64,000 nt of DNA from an uncultured Bacillota bacterium. Its GTDB lineage: Bacteria; Bacillota_I; Bacilli_A; RF39; UBA660. Location of the stretch: assembly GCA_946622285.1 (NCBI GenBank), contig CAMOPK010000002.1, positions 4,313 to 68,312 of the forward strand, given 5' to 3'. This document shows positions 19,530-29,066 of the stretch, in pieces. A program made the position numbers and the translations under genes. Within the stretch, counting starts at the first letter, position 1. Every line of letters begins with the position of its first letter. Under the pieces are notes generated by a model. The model did not search any database. It saw nothing but the letters and a program-made list of their open reading frames with translations, and was not told the DNA's origin.

Positions 19530-20160
19530 TTAAATAGTCAAAGTCAAATAACTTCTTTGTTTCCTTCTTAGCCTTCTTAAATTCGCGTTTATCTTTTTCA
19601 ACATCAGCTTTATTTTTTATTCCTTTTTGACGCCATTCAGCTAAAATATGATCAATATATCTAAAATTACGTACACCATTATAAATTGCTTCATCTAAAG
19701 CGCATGATACTAATTCTTCACCATATTCACCAACTAGCCTTTCAAGTATTGTACATTCACTTGGTGATAAAGTTCGACCAAATTCTTTTTCAAACACTGA
19801 AAAAATATCAGATTTTTTTTCTTCGTTATTAGATTCTTCTCTAATAATTGATAAAGCCAACTTTTTATAAAGTTTATCTAGGCACAAATATTCTTGATGA
19901 ATATTGTTTTCTTTTACCATTTTTATTTCGATTAAATCTTTTCCAGTTAATAAACTAATATGTTCTAGTACTTCTTCTAGAGTAAGATTTAAATCATTAC
20001 CTATTTTTTCTGGGTTAAAAACCAAATTTTTTTCATTAATTATATAGATTAAAAATAATGTGTCTTTTTCACTTAAACCAAGTTCTTTATAATTTGTTAA
20101 TAATGTTCTTGGTAAAGTCAAAGTATTATTTTGAATCAACAAAGATATTTTTTCTAGCAT
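19516..20160 (-). CDS. dnaD: DnaD-domain replication/primosome protein
   Basis: 214 aa with a DnaD C-terminal domain (FEKEFGRTLSPSECTILERL...YIDHILAEW). The dnaD-nth synteny is conserved. Confidence 0.8.
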   Translation of the reverse strand: MLEKISLLIQNNTLTLPRTLLTNYKELGLSEKDTLFLIYIINEKNLVFNPEKIGNDLNLTLEEVLEHISLLTGKDLIEIKMVKENNIHQEYLCLDKLYKKLALSIIREESNNEEKKSDIFSVFEKEFGRTLSPSECTILERLVGEYGEELVSCALDEAIYNGVRNFRYIDHILAEWRQKGIKNKADVEKDKREFKKAKKETKKLFDFDYLNDDE

Positions 20161-20168
20161 TATATCAC

Positions 20169-21260
20169 CTACTTATATTGTCTTTTAATATAAGACAATA
20201 GAATTCTTTTTTTGTTATTTAGTTTATTATACAAAATTTTTCTTTCTAAATCAAAATAAATTTCTTTTAAGAAAGGTCCTGGTTTTCTTGATAAGACATC
20301 ACATACTTCTTTTGTTGTAACATCTATTTCTTCCCTACTTTTAATTTGTAAAGAATTATAAGCTTCTGTTATTTTTTTCTTGTCAATTCCTTTTATATTT
20401 CCAACTATTTGTGAAATATATAATCCATAGTGATATAAATTATAGTTATCTAGCGCACTTTCATGCATAAGTGTCTTAATACTGCGTATTTGCTCTTTTT
20501 CAACTTTATTAAATGGATAATCATCTACAACATCTAATTGTGCCCAAATAGCAAGACCTAAAACGCTTGTATTAACCCTATTTATGTTAGAAAGTCCTAG
20601 ATACTTTCCTAGTCCTAGTTCTTCAATTAGTTTTAATCCTTTATCAATGTTTTGACTATTAAATATCTTATCTAATTCACTTTTCTTACGAAAATATGAA
20701 AGATTAGTTAAAAGTTCACCATGCTTTTTAATAGCCCTTTTTAATTCTTCATCTAAATCAAAATCAAGAATAGTTGCAAAACGAATCGCACGAAGTATTC
20801 TTAAACTATCTATTTCCATACTTTCATCTGCACTTATAACTGTTTTAATTACTCTATTTTTTATATCTTTAATGCCATCAAGTAGATCTACATATTCAAG
20901 GTTTTTATCTAAACAAACAGTATTAACAGTAAAGTCACGGCGCTTTAAATCTATTAATAAATCGTCTATATATTCAACTTCCCCTGGGATACGATTATTA
21001 ATATATTTATTTTCAGATCTAAATGTCGTTATTTCAAAGCGAACATTATTGTAAAAAAGAGTTACACTTCCATATTCTTCTTTAGGTAAAATGGCTGTAG
21101 CAAAAATATCTTTTAAGTCTTTTGGTGTAGCTGATGTACAAATGTCAACATCATCGCTTTCTTTGTTAATATATAAATCTCTTACAAAGCCACCGACAAC
21201 ATAGGCCTTAAAACCTTTTTCTGTGATAATATTTAATAATTCTTTTATTACTTCTATCAT
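20169..21260 (-). CDS. cca: CCA-adding tRNA nucleotidyltransferase
   Basis: 363 aa with GGFVRDLYINKESDDVDI and RRDFTVN motifs. Confidence 0.85.
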   Translation of the reverse strand: MIEVIKELLNIITEKGFKAYVVGGFVRDLYINKESDDVDICTSATPKDLKDIFATAILPKEEYGSVTLFYNNVRFEITTFRSENKYINNRIPGEVEYIDDLLIDLKRRDFTVNTVCLDKNLEYVDLLDGIKDIKNRVIKTVISADESMEIDSLRILRAIRFATILDFDLDEELKRAIKKHGELLTNLSYFRKKSELDKIFNSQNIDKGLKLIEELGLGKYLGLSNINRVNTSVLGLAIWAQLDVVDDYPFNKVEKEQIRSIKTLMHESALDNYNLYHYGLYISQIVGNIKGIDKKKITEAYNSLQIKSREEIDVTTKEVCDVLSRKPGPFLKEIYFDLERKILYNKLNNKKRILLSYIKRQYK

Positions 21261-21280
21261 TTTTGCCCTCCTTTAGAAGA

Positions 21281-21306
21281 AAAAAAAGGTTTTTTAAAAC
21301 CTTTTT
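21281..21306 (-). terminator. Terminator after hup
   Basis: AAAAGGTTT-TTTA-AAACCTTTT hairpin with flanking A and T runs. Confidence 0.65.
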
Positions 21307-21577
21307 AGTTTAAAGCTTCTTTAAGTTTTGAACCAGCTTTAATAGTTGCAGCAACTCTTGCAGGAATAACTACTTTAGCTCCTGTTCTTGGGTTACGTGC
21401 TTCTTTAGATGGTTTCTTCTTTGCTGTGAAAGTACAGAATCCAGTTAAAGTTACTTTTCCTTCCTTCTTTAATCCTTTAATTACTCCACCCATCATTGCT
21501 TCTAAAGCACGAGTTGAGTCAGCTTTTGTTAAGCCAGTTTCTGCAGCAATATAATTTACTAAATCTGCTTTTGACAT
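21305..21577 (-). CDS. hup: DNA-binding protein HU
   Basis: 90 aa: MSKADLVNYIAAETGLTKADS...RNPRTGAKVVIPARVA. Confidence 0.95.
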   Translation of the reverse strand: MSKADLVNYIAAETGLTKADSTRALEAMMGGVIKGLKKEGKVTLTGFCTFTAKKKPSKEARNPRTGAKVVIPARVAATIKAGSKLKEALN

Positions 21578-21760
21578 TTTTAATTACCTCCTATTGTTAA
21601 GCTATCTTGCTTACACTCTAAATATATCAAATAATCATTGTAAAAGCAAGCGTTTTTCGTTATTTTATAACATTTTTTTAGCATTGATACTGACCTTGCA
21701 AAAATCTTACTAAAGTTGATAATTGATGCCAATTTTGTCAATAGAAAAAGATAAAAAACA

Positions 21761-22555
21761 TTAACTTTTTTTATCTTTCCTTAAGTATATATAATTAATA
21801 TCACTTGCAAACAAAATATTAAATATATGAAAGAAACCTGTTCCTACTGATAGTTTAGTAATACCACCACTTATTATGACTTTAGATTTACCACTTTTAA
21901 AACTATTTCTAGCATTTTTAACATAAACCCCATGACTAGGTGCAACTATACCAAAATTGCCAGGAACTATATGATGTGTTAAGCCATTATGAGTATGTCC
22001 TACTAAAACTAAATCAAAACTATTTAATTCTTGAATTTCATCTTTTTCAAAATTAACTGGAGAATGAAAAAGTAATATATTATATTTATTAGATAGTTTT
22101 ATTTTAGATAATTCTAAAGCTAGTTCATTAACTCCATCTTTTTCATGATGATAGTATTCATCATTAATAGTTAAGCCATAAAAACAAATATTACCATCTT
22201 CATAACATGAGTTATTTAGCACAATTATATCTTTATTTAATTTTTCATACCATTTATTATCTTTCATATCTTTATAATCCCTAGTATCATGATTACCTAA
22301 GCACATGATCACTTTTGATATTTTAGATAATTCTTCTAGATAATTAATTAGTTCTTTCATTGCTTTAGTTTTAGTAACACCTAAATTGTCTATTGTATCA
22401 CCAGTAATGCAAATATAATTTGGTTTTACTTTACTTAATTCATCAATTACTTTTCTTAATCTTTTCCCATAATGGTTTGAATAATGAATATCAGATATAT
22501 GTGCAATTAATAAATCACTATTACTCTCTACTTCATAATTAATTATTTTTAACAT
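21761..22555 (-). CDS. Calcineurin-like metallophosphoesterase
   Basis: 264 aa with HISDIHYS, GDTID, GNHD and VGHTH motifs. It overlaps the proS stop by 7 nt. Confidence 0.75.
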   Translation of the reverse strand: MLKIINYEVESNSDLLIAHISDIHYSNHYGKRLRKVIDELSKVKPNYICITGDTIDNLGVTKTKAMKELINYLEELSKISKVIMCLGNHDTRDYKDMKDNKWYEKLNKDIIVLNNSCYEDGNICFYGLTINDEYYHHEKDGVNELALELSKIKLSNKYNILLFHSPVNFEKDEIQELNSFDLVLVGHTHNGLTHHIVPGNFGIVAPSHGVYVKNARNSFKSGKSKVIISGGITKLSVGTGFFHIFNILFASDINYIYLRKDKKS

Positions 22556-23829
22556 ATACTATTTTTAATTTCCTTAAATTTACTAATAGCATCATCAACA
22601 CTTATTACTTCTTTTGAATCATCTTTAGTATATTCAAGTTCTACTTCATTTTCATTTGTACTATTACCTAGTATTGCAATATATGGAATACCAAGTACTT
22701 TAGCATTTCTAATTTTTTTACCAATTGAATCATTAGTGTCATCTAAGATAACAGGAACTTTAGCAGCTAAAAATTGTTCATAAAGTTTTAATGCTTCTGC
22801 TTCTCTTTCCTTATTACTAATAATATAAAGATAATATGGAGCAACTGATAATGGGAGTGAGAATCCAACAATTTCATCGTTTGCTTTAATTACGTTATTT
22901 TCATATAAAACACCAAGTACACGACTTACTCCAATTCCATAGCATCCCATATAGAATGGTTTAATACTATTATCTTCGGCAACATATTTAATGTTCATAC
23001 TTTCAGAGTATTTAGTACCTAAAGCAAATATATGACCAAGTTCAATTGCTTTTAATTTTGATAAGTTACTAATATCCGTAATATTATATTCTTTCTTTAA
23101 ATATTCTTGATAATTTTCTTTTTCTAAAACTTCAGTATTTAAACCAACTTTACCATCATAAAGAATTGTATCTTCACCGGATTCAGATAAAACCATCATT
23201 TCTTCAGAACGAGTTCCACCAATTGAACCATTGTCAGCAGCAACTGATACAAGGCTTAAATTCATTTCTTTAAAAGCATCAAAATATGCTTGTTTTACTA
23301 AATCATATGTTTTATTTAAATCTTCTTCATTTTTATCAAAAGAATATAAATCGAACATTAAGAATTCTTTTCCACGATATAAGTATCCACGATTACGAAT
23401 TTCATTTCTAAATTTCTTGCCTATTTGATAGAAAGAAACTGGTAATTGTTTATAAGATGTAATTCTATTTTCAGCAAATTTAGTAACTGCTTCTTCTGCT
23501 GTTGGAGCTAAACAAAATTCATTTTTATCTGTTTTAACAGTTAACATTACTCCATCATTTATGTATTTATCATATCTATTTGATGATTTCCATAGTTCAC
23601 TTGGTTGTAATAGTGGCATTTCAACTTCAATTCCACCTATTTTATCCATATGTTTTTTTATGATTTCTTCAACGCGATCTTCTACTCTTAAAACAACATT
23701 ATCATACGCGTAAAGTCCACTACCATATTGTTTGATTTGACCAGTTTGTAGAAGAATGTCTTGTCCTGGATACATCTTATCTAATTCTGTTAATTTAACA
23801 CTTTTTAAACCCATTTTTGATACTTTCAT
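22549..23829 (-). CDS. proS: Prolyl-tRNA synthetase, short form lacking the INS editing domain
   Basis: 426 aa. Class II motif 2 (FRNEIRNRGYLYRGKEFLMFDLYSF), motif 3 (GCYGIGVSRVLGVL) and a class IIa anticodon-binding domain. Only about 130 aa separate motifs 2 and 3. It is preceded by a CCG-specifier T-box and tRNA-Pro. Confidence 0.8.
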   Translation of the reverse strand: MKVSKMGLKSVKLTELDKMYPGQDILLQTGQIKQYGSGLYAYDNVVLRVEDRVEEIIKKHMDKIGGIEVEMPLLQPSELWKSSNRYDKYINDGVMLTVKTDKNEFCLAPTAEEAVTKFAENRITSYKQLPVSFYQIGKKFRNEIRNRGYLYRGKEFLMFDLYSFDKNEEDLNKTYDLVKQAYFDAFKEMNLSLVSVAADNGSIGGTRSEEMMVLSESGEDTILYDGKVGLNTEVLEKENYQEYLKKEYNITDISNLSKLKAIELGHIFALGTKYSESMNIKYVAEDNSIKPFYMGCYGIGVSRVLGVLYENNVIKANDEIVGFSLPLSVAPYYLYIISNKEREAEALKLYEQFLAAKVPVILDDTNDSIGKKIRNAKVLGIPYIAILGNSTNENEVELEYTKDDSKEVISVDDAISKFKEIKNSIC

Positions 23830-23850
23830 AATATACCTCTTTTCTAAAAA

Positions 23851-23927
23851 TGGTCGGAAAGATGGGATTTGAACCCACGACCTCTTGGTCCCGAACCAAG
23901 TGCTCTACCAAATTAAGCTACTTTCCG
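23851..23927 (-). tRNA. tRNA-Pro (anticodon CGG)
   Basis: 77-nt cloverleaf CGGAAAG...CTTGG-TTCGGGA-CCAAG...GGTTCAAATCC...CTTTCCG-A-CCA with encoded CCA. Confidence 0.92.
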
Positions 23928-24120
23928 ATAAAAAAAGGACGATACAAGGAGTGCAATTGCACGGTACCATCCTACATTTACTTAATTTGAATAACGGCTT
24001 TTAAACCGGAAGTGATTAACTTCTCTCTGAAGGCCGGATTTATAATTTTTTATAACTTGTTCACACTATACCAAGCTCACTTTTATAAAAGATATTTATA
24101 AAATTCCTTCGTCATCAATT
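23928..24120 (-). promoter_or_regulatory. T-box riboswitch leader, proline specifier (CCG)
   Basis: Read on the minus strand. K-turn GATGA. Stem I base GAAGG...CCTTC with specifier CCG (24037..24035) followed by a purine G. AG-bulge AGTGAG. T-box sequence AGGATGGTACCGTGC (23973..23959). Terminator arms AGGATGGTAC/GTATCGTCCT followed by T7. Confidence 0.85.
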
Positions 24121-24129
24121 TATGCGTCA

Positions 24130-24158
24130 ATTATAACAAATAAGGTTTTAATTGTCAA
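24130..24158 (-). promoter_or_regulatory. SigA-type promoter for the T-box/tRNA-Pro/proS unit
   Basis: TTGACA (24158..24153), a 17-nt spacer, then TATAAT (24135..24130) with an upstream TG (extended -10). Confidence 0.7.
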
Positions 24159-25014
24159 TCTTATATTCAGTATAATTACCAGCTACATCATATACTTTGA
24201 CACTATATTTGTGTTTACCTGCCATATATATTTCTTTAGTATATGTTATACTCTTATCTGTCATAAATACTCTTGCTCCATCACGATACCATTCATATCT
24301 ATCTATACCACTAGAATCTTCTCCACATATTATGTCGATAGTAGCATCATCTTCATAAAGCTTACCTATTCTTGTAATGTCACATTTAGGTGCTTTCAAG
24401 TCAACTTTGAAGATTTCACGATGAGTTACTGCCTTATTGTTTTTATCAGTGTAATTTATATATAAGAACCATATTCCATTTGGAAGTTTAATCTTATCTT
24501 TATAATATAAATTAGGATTACATTCTCCTTCAATACTTATACAATATTTTATTTCTTCAATATTGATAGTATCAAGAGTAATTGTTAATTCTTTGTTATA
24601 CCAATTTTTAATTGGTTCTATATCAGTGTTAACGATTAAACGAACAGGATAACTTTTAACTCGAAGTTTAATTGAAGAACTTGAACCATTACTAAGTTCA
24701 ACAGTAATAGTTACATCACCAAAAGATATTCCTTTTACTCTACCTGTTGAATCAACTGTTGCAACTTTACTATTAGAAGTTGTCCATAATAAACTTTCAT
24801 CTTGCTTTGCATTTGAAATTGTATATCCGAATCTTACTTGATCACCTATAAAAATCTCAGCTGTTTTATCATGAAAATATATTTCATGTTCTGGATCTTT
24901 TAGAATAGTTCTATTAATGACAAGTAATACTAAACCAATTGTAACTACAAGTGAAGTAATAAATATGCATTTTTCTTTACTTAAAGTTATTTTCCTTTTC
25001 TTTCGTCTAGCCAT
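24148..25014 (-). CDS. Membrane-anchored surface protein with Big_2-like and Ig-like domains
   Basis: Start at MARRKKRK (ATG 25014), then a TM helix. Big_2-like LLWTTSNSKVATVDSTGRVKGISFGDVTITVEL. C-terminal module VDLKAPKCDI...VYDVAGN. Confidence 0.6.
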   Translation of the reverse strand: MARRKKRKITLSKEKCIFITSLVVTIGLVLLVINRTILKDPEHEIYFHDKTAEIFIGDQVRFGYTISNAKQDESLLWTTSNSKVATVDSTGRVKGISFGDVTITVELSNGSSSSIKLRVKSYPVRLIVNTDIEPIKNWYNKELTITLDTINIEEIKYCISIEGECNPNLYYKDKIKLPNGIWFLYINYTDKNNKAVTHREIFKVDLKAPKCDITRIGKLYEDDATIDIICGEDSSGIDRYEWYRDGARVFMTDKSITYTKEIYMAGKHKYSVKVYDVAGNYTEYKIDN

Positions 25015-25093
25015 ATATAACACCCTATATTCTTTTACACTACTATTATAATATTTATTTGTAGAAAAATAAATAAAAAAAATAACCAAAAGG

Positions 25094-26335
25094 TTATTTT
25101 TTTAATACATCCATAGTCTTACGCATTTCCATGTCATATCTGATCATATCAATACCACCAAAGTTCTTTAATAGATCTTCTTTTGTCATATGATATTTAT
25201 CAGCTAATTTTTGTGCTTCTTCATCTGCTTCTTTTTCAGTTACATTTATCTTTTCTTTTTTAGCAATTTCTTCTAACATTAAACGATAAGTAACACGTTT
25301 TGTAGCTTCTTCAGTCATTTGAGCTTTTAAGGCACTCTCATCAGAATTTGTAAATTTATAGAATTGTTCAAGTGAAATTCCTTGCATTTTTAAATGCTCT
25401 TCATATTCTCTTAACATACGTTTAACTTCATCATCAATCATAACGTCTGGAATATCAACTTTAACATTTTTAGCTGCTGCTTCAAGTAATGCCTCAATAT
25501 ATTTATTTTCAGCATCATGTTCTTTACTTGCTTTGATACTTTCTTTAACTTCAGCTTCTAATGTTTCTTTACTATTAACGCCTTCCATACCTAAATCTTC
25601 AAAGAATTCTTCACCTAATTCAGGAATTTTTACTTCCTTAACTTCATGAACTTTTACTTTAAATACTACAGCTTTGCCTTTTAGTTCTTCACTATGGTAT
25701 TCTTCTGGGAAAGTTACATTAACATCTCTTTCTTCGCCAGCTTTAGCTCCTATTAATTGTTCTTCAAATCCAGGAATAAATGTGCCACTACCAATTTCAA
25801 GTGAATAATTTTCACCTTTTCCACCTTCAAAAGCAACGCCATCTTTAAATCCTTCAAAATCAATTATAGCAATATCGCCTTTTTTAATAGGTCCATCTTT
25901 AAGAACATTTTCAGCATAGTGACTACGCATATGTTCAATTTGTTCATCAATTTCTTTTTTAGTTACTTTTACTTCTTCTTTTTTAACTCCAAGGCCAGTA
26001 TATTTACCTAATTTAACTTCTGGTCTTAAAACAAAACCAAATGTAAATTCACAACCTTTTTCATTAACATCTTTAATAGCAACTTCTGGTTCAGCAACTA
26101 TTTCTAAATCTTTATTTTCATCTATTACTTTATGATAAGCTTCATGTAAGCATTCTTCAGCTGCATCCATATACAAAGATTCTTTACCATATTTCTTTAA
26201 AAATACATCTTTTGGTGCATGTCCTGGACGAAAGCCATCAATTTTAACTTTCTTATTAGCTTTCTCAAAAGCTTTATCTAAAGCAGTTTCCCATTCTTTA
26301 CCTTCAACTTTAATGTTTACTTCTTTTTTATTCAC
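25094..26335 (-). CDS. tig: Trigger factor
   Basis: 413 aa with KIDGFRPGHAPKDVFLKKYG and a central FKBP-type PPIase (IDFEGFKDGVAFEGGKGENYSLEIGSGTFIPGFEEQL). Confidence 0.95.
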   Translation of the reverse strand: MNKKEVNIKVEGKEWETALDKAFEKANKKVKIDGFRPGHAPKDVFLKKYGKESLYMDAAEECLHEAYHKVIDENKDLEIVAEPEVAIKDVNEKGCEFTFGFVLRPEVKLGKYTGLGVKKEEVKVTKKEIDEQIEHMRSHYAENVLKDGPIKKGDIAIIDFEGFKDGVAFEGGKGENYSLEIGSGTFIPGFEEQLIGAKAGEERDVNVTFPEEYHSEELKGKAVVFKVKVHEVKEVKIPELGEEFFEDLGMEGVNSKETLEAEVKESIKASKEHDAENKYIEALLEAAAKNVKVDIPDVMIDDEVKRMLREYEEHLKMQGISLEQFYKFTNSDESALKAQMTEEATKRVTYRLMLEEIAKKEKINVTEKEADEEAQKLADKYHMTKEDLLKNFGGIDMIRYDMEMRKTMDVLKK

Positions 26336-26390
26336 TTTGTTTCCTCCTCGATACCTCTATAGTATATAATATATAAGCTTTATTTGCAAG

Positions 26391-26412
26391 TAAAAAAGCA
26401 CGAAAAGTGCTT
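26391..26412 (-). terminator. Terminator after greA
   Basis: AAGCAC-TTTTC-GTGCTT followed by TTTTTT on the minus strand. Confidence 0.65.
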
Positions 26413-26881
26413 AAGAAATTTCTAATATTTCAACATCGTATTGACCATTTGGGCTCACTACTGAAACAATGTCACCAACACGATGATGCATAATAGCTTG
26501 GGCAATTGGTGATTCATTTGAAATCTTATTATTGAATGGATCAACTTCCTTGCTTCCACAAATTGTATATATATCAGTTTCATTATCATCTACATATTTT
26601 AATTTAACACTTGCTCCGATATCTACAAATTCAGTGTTCTTTTCTTTTATAACTTCTACATTTTCAAGCATAGCTTCGATTTCAGCAATCTTGCCTTCTA
26701 CTAATGCTTGTTCTGTACGAGCAGCATCATATTCAGCATTTTCTGATAAATCTCCTAAAGCTCTTGCTTCTTTAAGTGCGATGATAACTTCTGGACGTTT
26801 TACATTTTTTAGTTCATCAAGTTGTCTTTGTAATTCGTCTACCCCTTCTTGAGTCAAATAAACTTTTTTTTCTTCGTTCAT
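26411..26881 (-). CDS. greA: Transcription elongation factor GreA
   Basis: 156 aa with LKEARALGDLSENAEYDAA, the GreA signature. Confidence 0.95.
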   Translation of the reverse strand: MNEEKKVYLTQEGVDELQRQLDELKNVKRPEVIIALKEARALGDLSENAEYDAARTEQALVEGKIAEIEAMLENVEVIKEKNTEFVDIGASVKLKYVDDNETDIYTICGSKEVDPFNNKISNESPIAQAIMHHRVGDIVSVVSPNGQYDVEILEIS

Positions 26882-26939
26882 ATCATCTCAACCTTTCTTT
26901 CACAAACGTACTAAATATTAGCACATTTTTTTTCAGTTG

Positions 26940-28133
26940 TCAAACCCTTTTTAATCGTATTATATCATTTTTAAAAACTTTCTTTGGAACCTTAATTTTC
27001 AATATTTCTTCAGGATGTCTAGCAGCATCTTTTAGATTTCCATCTTCATCAAATATTTTTTCTATTTTAAATGATAAAGGTTCTGTTTTCGGCCCAAATA
27101 TTTCAACTACAGTTCCAGGTTCAAAGTAATTTCTTTCACTTATAATAGCATAACCATCTTGATAGTCTAAAACTATTCCAAGAAAATCTTGATTAGAAGC
27201 GTCTACACCGCTATTATAGTACTGGCAATGATAATCACTATTACCATCAAAAAACTGCACTGTAGAGGCACGATTAGCACAATTATCGAGTATCTTTTTA
27301 TAAGTCTCATTGTATTTGTAATTTTTTTTGTCTCCTAAGTATTCATCAATTACTTTTCTATAAACACTTACAACTGTTGCAATATAATAAATTGATCTCA
27401 TTCTTCCTTCTATTTTAAATGAAGTAATACCCATATCAATCATTTCAGGAATACATTCAATCATTGATAAATCTTTAGTACAAAATGAAAAATCTTTTTC
27501 ACCTTTAATTTGATTTAAATTCTCGTCTAATAAGTCAAAATTCCAACGGCATATTTGACTACATCCACCACGATTTGCATCCCTTTTAGTTAGAAAATTT
27601 GATAGTACACATCTTCCACTATAACCTGCACACATGGCTCCATGAATAAAACATTCAATTTCAATATCATTTGAATCAATTATTTCTTTTATTTCTTCTT
27701 TAGAAGTTTCACGACCAAGCACAATACGAGTTACTCCCTCATTTTTAAAGAACTCAACAGCCTTTTTATTTAAAGTCGATTGTTGTGTTGAAAGATGTAT
27801 TTCTAGTGATGTTTTTTCATGAGCCAACTTAATAACTGCTGGATCACTAACAATAATAGCATCAACACCTAAACTTTCAAGTTTCTTTAAATATTCTTCT
27901 AACTCTTTCGCTTCTTTATCATGTAAAACAATATTAACTGTTACATAAACTCTTTTTTTACGATCATGAGCATATTTAACTGCTTCAGATATATCATCAA
28001 AAGTAAAATTGATGGCATTTGCTCTAAGACCAAATCCTGGTCCACCAAAATAAACAGCATCTGCACCATAATCGATCGCCCATTTTAATCTTTCTAAGTC
28101 TCCTGCTGGAGCAAGTAATTCTGGTTTAATCAT
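26940..28133 (-). CDS. Peptidase U32 family protein (YrrO/TrhP-like)
   Basis: 397 aa with U32 motifs (ELLAPAG...GADAVYFG; E.FIHGAMC). It pairs with a second U32 gene downstream of trmR, as in B. subtilis yrrM-yrrN-yrrO. Confidence 0.8.
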   Translation of the reverse strand: MIKPELLAPAGDLERLKWAIDYGADAVYFGGPGFGLRANAINFTFDDISEAVKYAHDRKKRVYVTVNIVLHDKEAKELEEYLKKLESLGVDAIIVSDPAVIKLAHEKTSLEIHLSTQQSTLNKKAVEFFKNEGVTRIVLGRETSKEEIKEIIDSNDIEIECFIHGAMCAGYSGRCVLSNFLTKRDANRGGCSQICRWNFDLLDENLNQIKGEKDFSFCTKDLSMIECIPEMIDMGITSFKIEGRMRSIYYIATVVSVYRKVIDEYLGDKKNYKYNETYKKILDNCANRASTVQFFDGNSDYHCQYYNSGVDASNQDFLGIVLDYQDGYAIISERNYFEPGTVVEIFGPKTEPLSFKIEKIFDEDGNLKDAARHPEEILKIKVPKKVFKNDIIRLKRV

Positions 28134-28953
28134 TTTTCTTCACCCTATAGTAAGTTTCTTTATATAAGAATCCAGTATCTACATTTGAAAACAATTCTTC
28201 AACATTCCTTTTACTTTCGCCATTATATATTTTTAAGACTTCTTTAAAATCACTTTCATTTATATTAAATGAGTTAAATGTAACATAATCAATATTATTT
28301 TTTTCTAGTTCTTTATAAGCTTCTATACTACTTAATATATTAGCTGAATAAACACTTGTAAGTTCATCATCTAAAATTGGATACTTATTTCCTTCTTTTT
28401 CCAAATAATGCATCTTAGAATCATCTTTTAAATTAAAACAATTTAAATAATTTTTAACTAAATGTCTTTTAGAAACAAACATTGGTAAATAACCAAATAT
28501 AGGTACTATTAATTTCATGTCTGTTTGCTTTCTAATATTTAATATTTCTTCTAGAGTAATATCACATGATAAATATGTATAACTAGCACCTTTAGATTTC
28601 CAGTAATTACATGTTACTGAAGAAGTTGTCATATGCTCTTGTGACCAAACCAAGTCATAGTCTGGTTTTATCTCATTGTAAAGAGCAACAACTGCTGCAT
28701 CATAATATAAAATACCTTTGATATTCTTCAAAGATTTCATTGTTTTTTCTAGAATCTCTAGATCTTTATTATGCATATTCTTATTTAAGGCAACAAAGAT
28801 TTCTTTATCAATGTTCAACTTATTTACATCGTCTACTGTCAAATAAAGGTTAACATTGACACTTAAACCATCAATACCAATAATAATGCCATCATAATAA
28901 GATTTTAAAGATTCTATTTCTTCTAAACTCTTAGGTATTATTAATTTTTCCAT
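28126..28953 (-). CDS. Peptidase U32 family protein (YrrN-like)
   Basis: About 275 aa. ATG 28953 lies 7 nt after GGAGGG. It overlaps the downstream U32 gene by 8 nt. Confidence 0.7.
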   Translation of the reverse strand: MEKLIIPKSLEEIESLKSYYDGIIIGIDGLSVNVNLYLTVDDVNKLNIDKEIFVALNKNMHNKDLEILEKTMKSLKNIKGILYYDAAVVALYNEIKPDYDLVWSQEHMTTSSVTCNYWKSKGASYTYLSCDITLEEILNIRKQTDMKLIVPIFGYLPMFVSKRHLVKNYLNCFNLKDDSKMHYLEKEGNKYPILDDELTSVYSANILSSIEAYKELEKNNIDYVTFNSFNINESDFKEVLKIYNGESKRNVEELFSNVDTGFLYKETYYRVKKND

Positions 28954-29032
28954 GGATAATCCCTCCAAAATTCAATAGTAATTATACAACAAACAATCTT
29001 ATTAATCAATTATTTTATTGATTGCTTTTAAT

Positions 29033-29066
29033 TAAAAAAATCTTGTTTTTTAAACAAGATTTTTTA
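29033..29066 (-). terminator. Terminator after the 885-aa surface protein gene
   Basis: AAATCTTGTT-loop-AACAAGATTT with flanking A7 and T6 runs. It overlaps the stop codon. Confidence 0.7.
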
